DNA of 64,000 bases from Rhodopseudomonas sp. Lineage in GTDB: Bacteria; Pseudomonadota; Alphaproteobacteria; Rhizobiales; Xanthobacteraceae. This document shows, one piece after another, positions 29,653 to 36,976 of this stretch (position 1 is the stretch's first letter; each line of letters starts with the position of its first letter). The stretch is taken from the NCBI RefSeq assembly GCF_048594845.1, contig NZ_JBMDXE010000317.1, forward strand, positions 2,726-66,725, read 5' to 3'. Under the pieces are notes generated by a model. It was not told the DNA's origin and searched no databases. It saw only the letters and a list, made by a program, of their open reading frames with translations. The position numbers and the translations under genes were made by a program.

Positions 29653-29680
29653 ACTAACTATTTGAAAAATAATCAAAATA

Positions 29681-29712
29681 CCGCGCCTGCTTGGGGCGGG
29701 ACGGCCGTTCAA
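29681..29712 (+). promoter_or_regulatory. Putative autoregulatory ECF promoter of the sigma gene
   Basis: CCGCGCCTG-N15-CCGTTCAA. Confidence 0.7.
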
Positions 29713-29768
29713 CACGACGAGGCCAGACTGGTTTGGCGCCAGCGGCGTTGCGGGTTGGAGGATGTGGG

Positions 29769-30464
29769 ATGACTTACGCGGTCGAAATCTCGGCGCCTGC
29801 TGAGGCCAGCGTCGCGGCGCTCGCGCCTGATCACGACACCTCGCCCGAGATGGCGCCGACTCTCGTCCCCGACGTGCCGCCGGCGAGCTCCGAGTTCGTA
29901 TTCGACGAAGACGCGCCGCTGCTCGACCGGCTCGCGACCGGAGACGAAGCCGCTTTCCGCGCGCTGGTGGAGCGGCACATCGATCGGGGCTATGCGATCG
30001 CGCTGCGCATTCTCGGCAACGCGGCCGATGCCGAGGATGTGGTGCAGGACACCATGCTGAAGGTCTGGACGCATCGCGGCCGGTGGCAGCACGGCCGCGC
30101 CAAATTCTCGACCTGGCTGTACCGCGTCATCAGCAATCGCTGCATCGATCTGCGCCGCAAGCCGCGCACCGAGAATGTCGATGCCGTCCCCGAGGTCGCC
30201 GACGCCCAGCTCGATGCGAGCCGCGTGATCGAGCGCAACGAACTCAGCGGGATGCTGGAAACCGCGATGCAGCGGCTGCCGGAGCAGCAGCGCCTCGCAT
30301 TGATCCTGTCGTATCACGAGAACATGAGTAACGGCGAAATCGCCGAAGTCATGGAAAGCACCGTCTATGCGGTCGAATCGCTGTTGAAGCGCGGCCGCCA
30401 ACAGCTTCGCGCGCTGCTGCGCGGACACGAGCGCGACCTGCGCGGCGCATTTACCGACTGTTGA
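29769..30464 (+). CDS. ECF RNA polymerase sigma factor
   Basis: Region 2 (GDEAAFRALVERH...DAEDVVQDTMLKVW...KFSTWLYRVISNRCID) and region 4 (RLPEQQRLALILSYHENMSNGEIAEVMESTVYAVESLLKRGR); no region 3; about 40 aa Pro/Ala-rich N-terminal extension. Confidence 0.93.
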   Translation: MTYAVEISAPAEASVAALAPDHDTSPEMAPTLVPDVPPASSEFVFDEDAPLLDRLATGDEAAFRALVERHIDRGYAIALRILGNAADAEDVVQDTMLKVWTHRGRWQHGRAKFSTWLYRVISNRCIDLRRKPRTENVDAVPEVADAQLDASRVIERNELSGMLETAMQRLPEQQRLALILSYHENMSNGEIAEVMESTVYAVESLLKRGRQQLRALLRGHERDLRGAFTDC

Positions 30465-30490
30465 CCATAAACTCGCCGCTGCGCGTCTTT

Positions 30491-30522
30491 GCCGCCTGAT
30501 CGAGGCGGCTCCTTCCGTTCGA
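30491..30522 (+). promoter_or_regulatory. Putative ECF promoter of fliC-fliD-fliS
   Basis: GCCGCCTG-N16-CCGTTCGA. Confidence 0.7.
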
Positions 30523-30601
30523 ACATCAGACGGGGACGATCCGCGTCCGGTGTCATCGCCGCGACGCGGCTGGTCACGCCGATCAGCACAGGAGCCTTGC
30601 T

Positions 30602-31426
30602 ATGCCCGCGATTTCGACCAACACGGCGGCCAATTCGGCGGTCCGCTATCTCAACATCAACTCCGCGCAGGAGACCAGCTCGCTGTCGAAACTGGCGAGC
30701 GGCTCGCGCATCACCTCGGCGTCCGACGACGCGGCCGGTCTTGCGATCTCCACCCGGATCTCCTCCGACGTCACGACGCTGCAGCAGGCCGCCACCAATG
30801 CGTCGCAGGCGGTCGCCATCCTGCAGACCGCCGACGGCGGCGCGTCCAATATCAGCGACATCCTGGCCCGCATGAAATCGCTGGCGTCCGAATCCGCCTC
30901 GGGCACCACCACGGATTCGAGCCGCGCCTACATCAACTCTGAATTCTCACAGCTCTCCAGCCAGATCGACTCGATCGCCAGCGGCACGCGTTACTCGAGC
31001 CAGAGCCTGCTCGACGGCACCAGCGTGTTTGCTTCGGGTGTCTCGGTGCTGGTCGGCACGCAGGGCAGCGACACCATCACGATCACGCTGTCCGACCTGA
31101 AGTCGGCGACGCTCGGCGTCTCCAGCCTCGACGTCAGCACGCAGTCCGGTGCCACCACGGCGCTGAGCTCGCTCGACACCGCGATCAACACGGTCTCGGC
31201 GGCGCGTGCCAGCATCGGCGCGCAGGAGTCGCGGTTCAACTTCAGCGCCGACTCGATCTCGACCCAGACCCAGAATCTGCAGTCGGCGAACTCGGCCATC
31301 AAGGATGTCGATATCGCCTCCGAGCAGGCCAAACTGTCCTCCGCGGAGGTCAAGACCCAGGCAGCCGTCTCGGCCGAAGCCGCGGCGAACCAGATGCCGC
31401 AATATCTGCTGAAGCTGCTCGGCTGA
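30602..31426 (+). CDS. fliC: Flagellin, minimal (274 aa, D0/D1 only)
   Basis: SKLASGSRITSASDDAAGLAIS, LQTADGG, RMKSLA, C-terminus IKDVDIASE...QAA...AANQMPQYLLKLLG; AGGAG RBS. Confidence 0.93.
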   Translation: MPAISTNTAANSAVRYLNINSAQETSSLSKLASGSRITSASDDAAGLAISTRISSDVTTLQQAATNASQAVAILQTADGGASNISDILARMKSLASESASGTTTDSSRAYINSEFSQLSSQIDSIASGTRYSSQSLLDGTSVFASGVSVLVGTQGSDTITITLSDLKSATLGVSSLDVSTQSGATTALSSLDTAINTVSAARASIGAQESRFNFSADSISTQTQNLQSANSAIKDVDIASEQAKLSSAEVKTQAAVSAEAAANQMPQYLLKLLG

Positions 31427-31466
31427 TGATGCCCTCGCCGGGCCGGTCACGGCCGGCCCGGCATCA
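31427..31466 (+). other. GC-rich hairpin between fliC and fliD
   Basis: GCCGGGCCGG-tcacgg-CCGGCCCGGC 10 bp stem; no U tract. Confidence 0.6.
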
Positions 31467-31487
31467 CCGTGAGATCGATCCGACGCC

Positions 31488-33200
31488 ATGACTTCGGTCA
31501 GCAGCACGACATCCAGCACCGCCGCCACCACGAGCAGCGCGACCTCGTCGTCGTCCGGCACGTCGGTGACGACGTCCGGAACCTCGACCACCACCAGCGT
31601 CGATTGGGATTCGCTGATCGCCTCGGCGGTCAACGCCAAGCTCGCGGCGGCGACGTCGATCTCGACCAAGATCACCGCCAACGAAGCCAAGATCGCCGCC
31701 TATCAGACGCTGCAGACCAACCTCAGCACGCTGTCCTCCGGGCTGTCCTCGCTGGCGACCGCCGTGGTGAATTCGCTGGCCACCAACGTGTTCGCCACCC
31801 GCGCCGCGACGCTGAGTTCGACCGGCGACGTAAGCGCCTCGTCGGCGCTGTCGATGTCGGTGAAGAACGGCGCCGCGACCGGCGACCACACCCTGACGAT
31901 CAGCCAGATCGCGACTGCCCACAAGGTGATGAGCGCGACGCAATCGAGCAGCACCGATGCGCTCGGCAGCAGCGGCACCATCTCGCTCGGCCTCGCCGGC
32001 GGCAGCAGCGCGGACATTTCGATCACCAGCACGATGTCGCTGCAGGACATCGTCGATGCCGTGAATGCACAGAGTTCGACCACCAACGTCGAGGCTTCGA
32101 TCGTACAGGTGTCGAGTGGGTCGTATCGGATGGTGCTGACCGCGACGCAGGACGCCGCCGACATTCAGTATTCCAGCGTGTCCGGTGATGATGTTCTGAA
32201 CACGCTCGGCTTCACCGACAGTTCCGGCAGCTTTTCGAACGTGCTGCAGACCGCCCAGTCCGCGGCGTTCACGCTCGACGGCATCTCGATGACGCGCGAT
32301 ACCAACGACATCTCCGACGTGCTGACTGGCGTGACGTTCAATCTGCTGCAGGCGACGCCGACCGGTTCCAGCATCAACATCAGCATCGGCACCGATACCA
32401 GTCAGATCAGCTCGGCGCTGCAGACCTTCGTCACCAACTACAACGCCTATCGCGACGCGGTGATCGCCCAGCAGGCGACCAATTCGGACGGGACGGCGTC
32501 CGACAGCGCGGTGCTGTTCGGCGACAGCACGATGCGGGATATCACCAGCCGGCTGGAAGCCGCGTTGAACACCACCGTCGGCGGGCTATCGATGACCGCG
32601 ATCGGTCTGTCCTTCAACGAGAAGAACGAGCTCGAACTCGACACCAGCACGCTGTCCAGCATCCTGTCGACTAATCTCGCCGGTGTCACAAAGCTGTTGT
32701 CGGCGCAGACCACGACCTCGTCGAGCCAGCTTTCCGTCGTCAACACCGGCACGGCGCCGCAATCTTTCACGCTGGATCTCGCGGTGGATTCCAGCGGCAA
32801 TCTCGCCAGCGCGTCGGTCAACGGCGACTCGTCGCTGTTCACGGTGAGCGGCACCACCATCATCGGGGCGGCCGGCACCGCCTATGCGGGGATGGCCTTC
32901 ACCTACAGCGGCACGACAGCGCAGTCGATCACCGTGACTTCCACCTCGGGTATCGCGTCGCAGCTCTACCAGATCGCGAACAGCACCTCGTCAACCAGCG
33001 GTTCGCTGCAAACGATGATCAGCGGCCTGCAGAGCCGCGATTCCGATCTGCAGCAGAAGGTCGACGACATCACCGCGGCGGCGGCCACCTACAAGAGCCA
33101 GCTGCAGACGCAATATGCCAACTATCAGGCGGCGATCGCCAGCGCCGACAATACGCTGACCTATCTGAAAGCCCTCCTCAACGCCAGTTCGAGTAATTGA
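31488..33200 (+). CDS. fliD: Flagellar filament cap protein FliD
   Basis: VDWDSLIASAVNAKL, TISQIATAHKV, TLQTAQSAAFTLDGISMTRDTNDISDVLTGVTFNLLQ, FVTNYN, LFGDSTMR, LQTQYANYQAAIAS. Confidence 0.88.
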   Translation: MTSVSSTTSSTAATTSSATSSSSGTSVTTSGTSTTTSVDWDSLIASAVNAKLAAATSISTKITANEAKIAAYQTLQTNLSTLSSGLSSLATAVVNSLATNVFATRAATLSSTGDVSASSALSMSVKNGAATGDHTLTISQIATAHKVMSATQSSSTDALGSSGTISLGLAGGSSADISITSTMSLQDIVDAVNAQSSTTNVEASIVQVSSGSYRMVLTATQDAADIQYSSVSGDDVLNTLGFTDSSGSFSNVLQTAQSAAFTLDGISMTRDTNDISDVLTGVTFNLLQATPTGSSINISIGTDTSQISSALQTFVTNYNAYRDAVIAQQATNSDGTASDSAVLFGDSTMRDITSRLEAALNTTVGGLSMTAIGLSFNEKNELELDTSTLSSILSTNLAGVTKLLSAQTTTSSSQLSVVNTGTAPQSFTLDLAVDSSGNLASASVNGDSSLFTVSGTTIIGAAGTAYAGMAFTYSGTTAQSITVTSTSGIASQLYQIANSTSSTSGSLQTMISGLQSRDSDLQQKVDDITAAAATYKSQLQTQYANYQAAIASADNTLTYLKALLNASSSN

Positions 33201-33619
33201 TGACCCAGCATTCGATGGCCCAGCGGGCCAACCAGGCCTATCGCGGCGCCGCCGTGGCCGTGCCGCCGCTGAAGGCGGTGGTGATGCTTCACGCCGGCGC
33301 CATCACGCAGCTCCGCCGGGCGATCGAGGCGCAGGAGGCGCGCCGGTTCGAAGAGGCGCATGAATGCGTGGTGCGGGCGACCGCGATCCTGCGCGGCCTG
33401 AGCCATTATCTCGATTCCGGCCGGGGTGGCGCGCTCGCCGAGCGGCTGTTCCACACTTACAATGCGCTGGTGCTGGCCTCGCTGCGCGCGTCCGGCCGGC
33501 CTCACGCAGGCGCGAACCTGCAGCGCATCATCGACGGCATCGCCGAGCTGCGCGAAGCGTGGGAATACGTCGAGACCACGGCGCGGGCCGGCAGCTCCGA
33601 CCGTCCACCGCAGCGCTGA
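33197..33619 (+). CDS. fliS: Flagellin chaperone FliS
   Basis: QAYRG...PPLKAVVMLHAGAI..L..A, AILRGLSHYLD..RGG.LAERL..TY, LREAW. Confidence 0.85.
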   Translation: MMTQHSMAQRANQAYRGAAVAVPPLKAVVMLHAGAITQLRRAIEAQEARRFEEAHECVVRATAILRGLSHYLDSGRGGALAERLFHTYNALVLASLRASGRPHAGANLQRIIDGIAELREAWEYVETTARAGSSDRPPQR

Positions 33620-33715
33620 GTAATGGGCCGAGGCCGGCACGGGCCGGAAAGCGATTTCCGGCGGGCGCCAAATGCTTTATGACGGACCTGGTGGCGCGGT
33701 GCCGATCGAATCGGA

Positions 33716-33745
33716 GCCGCTGCACGTCAGGATCATTCCGTTCGA
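33716..33745 (+). promoter_or_regulatory. Putative ECF promoter of the anti-sigma-like ORF
   Basis: GCCGCTG-N15-CCGTTCGA (variant -35). Confidence 0.5.
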
Positions 33746-33799
33746 TGGGCCGAGGGGCCCGCCGTGCGACGACATGCCAGCCCTCTCATCGAGCGTGCG

Positions 33800-34093
33800 A
33801 TGGATATTGCGGAGTTCGAGGACCTGATCGACCGGCTGGGGGATGATCCATCCCGTTGGCCGGATGATCAGCGCCGCGCGGCCGAGCATCTGCTCGCCGC
33901 CTCCGTGGCGGCGCAGAGCCTGCTGGATAGCGCCAGGGCGGTGCGCGAAGCGCTGGCGGGGCCGCCGGTGCGGGCTCCCGCCGGCTTGGCCGACCGCATC
34001 GTCGCGGCCGCGAAACAGACTCCCGCCGATCCGGTGGATTCGACGGGGCGTCCGCTAGATCCGTCTCCTGGCGCAAAGGTTTTTGCGCGCTGA
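33800..34093 (+). CDS. Putative soluble anti-sigma-like protein
   Basis: MDIAEFEDLIDRLGDDPSRWP...A..LL..S..A..LL..AR...L...PAGLADRIVAAA resembles the N-terminal domain of small proteins typically encoded beside such ECF sigmas; no transmembrane helix. Confidence 0.55.
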   Translation: MDIAEFEDLIDRLGDDPSRWPDDQRRAAEHLLAASVAAQSLLDSARAVREALAGPPVRAPAGLADRIVAAAKQTPADPVDSTGRPLDPSPGAKVFAR

Positions 34094-34159
34094 GCGCAAA
34101 GGTCGCTGAAAATCAGATCGGATCCGAAGCAGGTGACCGACAGCCGACGCGGTGTACCC

Positions 34160-34666
34160 TCAGCGGCTGGCCGGCAGCTGCACGATCCAGGGCTCGTCGA
34201 ACGGGTACTCTTCCAGATTGATTCCCGGGCCGCCGCGGTCAATCACCACGAAGTCCTGCGCGGCGCCGAACGGCGTCAGCACGCCGTGCCAGATATTCGG
34301 CGCGTAGCAGACGCCTTGATGTGGGGCGGTGACAAAAGCCTGCGGCGCGCCGGGCCTGCGGGCCTCATCCGGGCACACCACCACCAGAAACGGCGCGGCA
34401 TTCAACGGCACGAATGCCTGGGATCCCAGCGGATGGCGCTCGACCAGGCCAAGTCGTAGCGGCAGCGGATAAGGCTGCGCCTGAACCAGTCCGACCACCA
34501 CGCGCGCGCCTTCGCCGGTGACCTCAATCGCCGCGAGGTCGTGAAAACGCTGGGCCATGCCGGCATTCATCGGGCGCGGCGCGACCTGCGTGGTGTCGAT
34601 CAGCGTGCCGAACGGCGCGAACGCCGCGGCGGTCAGCGGCTGCGCGGTGATGGTCCGCGGCGTCAT
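34160..34666 (-). CDS. allA: Ureidoglycolate lyase
   Basis: PLTAAAFAPFGTLI, VERHPLGSQAFVPL, QGVCY..NIWHGVL, FVVIDRGGPG.NLEE. Start ATG 34666 overlaps the upstream stop. Confidence 0.9.
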   Translation of the reverse strand: MTPRTITAQPLTAAAFAPFGTLIDTTQVAPRPMNAGMAQRFHDLAAIEVTGEGARVVVGLVQAQPYPLPLRLGLVERHPLGSQAFVPLNAAPFLVVVCPDEARRPGAPQAFVTAPHQGVCYAPNIWHGVLTPFGAAQDFVVIDRGGPGINLEEYPFDEPWIVQLPASR

Positions 34667-35502
34667 CGGCGGAAGCCGCCGCGGCCAAGCGCCGGATGAC
34701 GGTTGACGTCCTTGTACAAGAGATAGCGGAAGCGGCCGGGGCCGCCTGCGTAGCAGGCCTGCGGGCAGAAGGCACGCAGCCACATGAAGTCGCCGGCCTC
34801 GACCTCGACCCAGTCGCGGTTGAGCCGGTACACCGCTTTGCCTTCGAGCACGAACAGCCCGTGTTCCATCACATGCGTCTCTTCGAACGGGATCGAGGCG
34901 CCGGCCTGCAGCGTCACGATGTTGACGTGCATGTCATGGCGCAGATCCTCCGGCGAGACGAAGCGCGTCGTCGCCCATGCTCCGTTTGTGCCGGTCATGG
35001 CGGTCGGCTCGATCTCGGATTCGTGGGTTACGAAGGCATCGGGTGTGTCGAAGCCACGGGCGAATTCGTAGGCCTTGCGGATCCAGTGGAAGCGGACCGG
35101 CTCCCTGCCGTGGTTGCGCAGCCTCCAGCCGGCGCCGGGCGGCAGATACGCGTAGCTGCCGGCGCGCAGTTCGTGCGGCTGGCCGTCGAGATGCAGCGTC
35201 GCGGCGCCGCCGACCACGAACAGCACGCCTTCGGCCTGCGGGTCCGGCTCCGGCGCGTCACTGCCACCGCCGGGCGTTACTTCCATCAGATACTGCGTGA
35301 ACGTCTCGGCGAAGCCCGACAGCGGCCGCGCCAGAATCCAGGCGCGGGTGCCGGTCCAGCCGGGCAGCAGGCTGGTGACGATGTCGCTCATCACGCCGTG
35401 CGGGATCACCGCATAGGCTTCGGTGAACACCGCGCGTCCGGTGTGCAGCGCGCTTTGCGGCGGCAGGCCGCCGCAGGCCGGATTGTAGATCGGGGCGTTC
35501 AT
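34663..35502 (-). CDS. (S)-ureidoglycine aminohydrolase (YlbA/AllE bicupin)
   Basis: RAVFTEAYAVIP, ILARPLSGFAETF, FHWIRKAYE, DMHVNIVT, THVMEHGL, WLRAFCPQACYAGGPG.FRYLLYKDVNRH. Confidence 0.9.
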   Translation of the reverse strand: MNAPIYNPACGGLPPQSALHTGRAVFTEAYAVIPHGVMSDIVTSLLPGWTGTRAWILARPLSGFAETFTQYLMEVTPGGGSDAPEPDPQAEGVLFVVGGAATLHLDGQPHELRAGSYAYLPPGAGWRLRNHGREPVRFHWIRKAYEFARGFDTPDAFVTHESEIEPTAMTGTNGAWATTRFVSPEDLRHDMHVNIVTLQAGASIPFEETHVMEHGLFVLEGKAVYRLNRDWVEVEAGDFMWLRAFCPQACYAGGPGRFRYLLYKDVNRHPALGRGGFRR

Positions 35503-35555
35503 CGGGCCTCTCCCAGTCGTTTCTTGCATTATCGTCTGTCGATCCGGCCCCGCCG

Positions 35556-36863
35556 TCAGGCGTGTGCTTTCACGGCGGGCGCTTCGAGGATCGCCGCGGC
35601 GTCGGTGCTGACTTCGCCATTCAGGACGCGCTTCGCCTGGGCACGGTCGATATCACCCTCCCACGCGGCGATCACCACGGTGGCCACGCAGTTGCCGACC
35701 AGATTGCCGAGCGCGCGGGCAATGCCGACGAACCAGTCGATCGACAGCACGAGAACGAGGCCGATCAGCGGAATGTCGGGCACCGCCGATAGCGTTGCCG
35801 CCAGGACGACGATTGCCGAACCGGGCACGCCATGGGCGCCCTTCGAGGTCAGCAGCGCGATGCCGAGGATGATCAGCAGATGGCCGAACGACAGCGGCGT
35901 GTCGGTGGCCTGGGCGATGAACACCGTCGCCAGGGTCAGATACAACGAGAAGGCGTCGAGATTGAACGAGTAGCCCGTCGGAATCACCAGGCCGACGGTC
36001 GAGTCTTTGATGCCGAGGCCTTCGAGCTTGCGCATCACCTGCGGCAACACGCTGTCCGACGACGCGGTGCCGGCCACCACGGTCAATTCCTCGCGCAGAT
36101 AGGCGAGCAGCTTGATCAGGCTGAAGCCGGCCAGCCGCATGATGCCGCCGAGCACGCCGAACACGAACAGCGCGACGCCGGCGTAGAACAGGCCGACCAG
36201 CAGGCCGAGCTGCTTGAGCGAGCCGATGCCGTATTTGGCGACCGTGAAAGCCACCGCGCCGAGCACGCCGAGCGGCGCCAGTCTGACGATGATGCCGATG
36301 ATCTTGAACAGCACCTCGGTGATCCGCTCGATGCTGTCGGCCAGCGGCTTGCCGCGCTCGCCGAGCATCGACAGGCCGGCGCCGAACAGCAGGGCGATGA
36401 TCAGCACCTGCAGCACGTCGCCCTTGGCGAACGCATCAATGAAGGTGGTCGGGACCAGGCGCATTAGGAAGTCGACGAAGCCGGTGACTTCCTTGACGTG
36501 GCTGGTATAGCCATCCAGCGCCGATCCATCCAGCGTCGCCGTGTTGACGTGCATGCCGGCACCCGGCTGGAACACGTAAGCGAGGACGATACCGAGAGCG
36601 AGCGCGATCGTCGTCACCGCCTCGAAGTAGATCAGCGACTTCAATCCGACGCGGCCGACCTTCTTGAGGTCGCCGGCACCAACGATGCCGTGGACGACCA
36701 CGCCGAACACCAGCGGTGCGATCGCGAACTTGATTAGTTTGATGAACAGATCGCCGAGCGGCTTCAACGCCACGCCGACCTCCGGCCACAGCGCGCCGAT
36801 GACGATACCCAGCACGAGGGCAGCAACCACCTGCCCGAACAGCGACGTGAAAAACTGCCTCAT
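35556..36863 (-). CDS. Dicarboxylate/amino acid:cation symporter (DctA-like)
   Basis: LKPLGDLFIKLIK, KSLIYFE, GTASSDSVLP, VIPTGYSFNLD, TSKGAHGVPGS, NLVGNCVAT. Confidence 0.9.
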   Translation of the reverse strand: MRQFFTSLFGQVVAALVLGIVIGALWPEVGVALKPLGDLFIKLIKFAIAPLVFGVVVHGIVGAGDLKKVGRVGLKSLIYFEAVTTIALALGIVLAYVFQPGAGMHVNTATLDGSALDGYTSHVKEVTGFVDFLMRLVPTTFIDAFAKGDVLQVLIIALLFGAGLSMLGERGKPLADSIERITEVLFKIIGIIVRLAPLGVLGAVAFTVAKYGIGSLKQLGLLVGLFYAGVALFVFGVLGGIMRLAGFSLIKLLAYLREELTVVAGTASSDSVLPQVMRKLEGLGIKDSTVGLVIPTGYSFNLDAFSLYLTLATVFIAQATDTPLSFGHLLIILGIALLTSKGAHGVPGSAIVVLAATLSAVPDIPLIGLVLVLSIDWFVGIARALGNLVGNCVATVVIAAWEGDIDRAQAKRVLNGEVSTDAAAILEAPAVKAHA

Positions 36864-36976
36864 CGGAATGGTCCTGGTTCTGAGCGTTGGAGCCTGCCGA
36901 ACAATCACTGCTGGGTTTCTAGACGTCAAATATTTCCTATGTCTGGATTGAGAGGTTCGGAGTATGATTGCCGTTT

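Noticed and set aside
29760-29768. Sigma-54 or sigma-28 promoters for the flagellar cassette genes (all five upstream regions inspected)
   Set aside because: I found no convincing TGGCAC-N5-TTGC or TAAA-N15-GCCGATAA upstream of flgD, fliC or the sigma gene, which is consistent with the ECF model.
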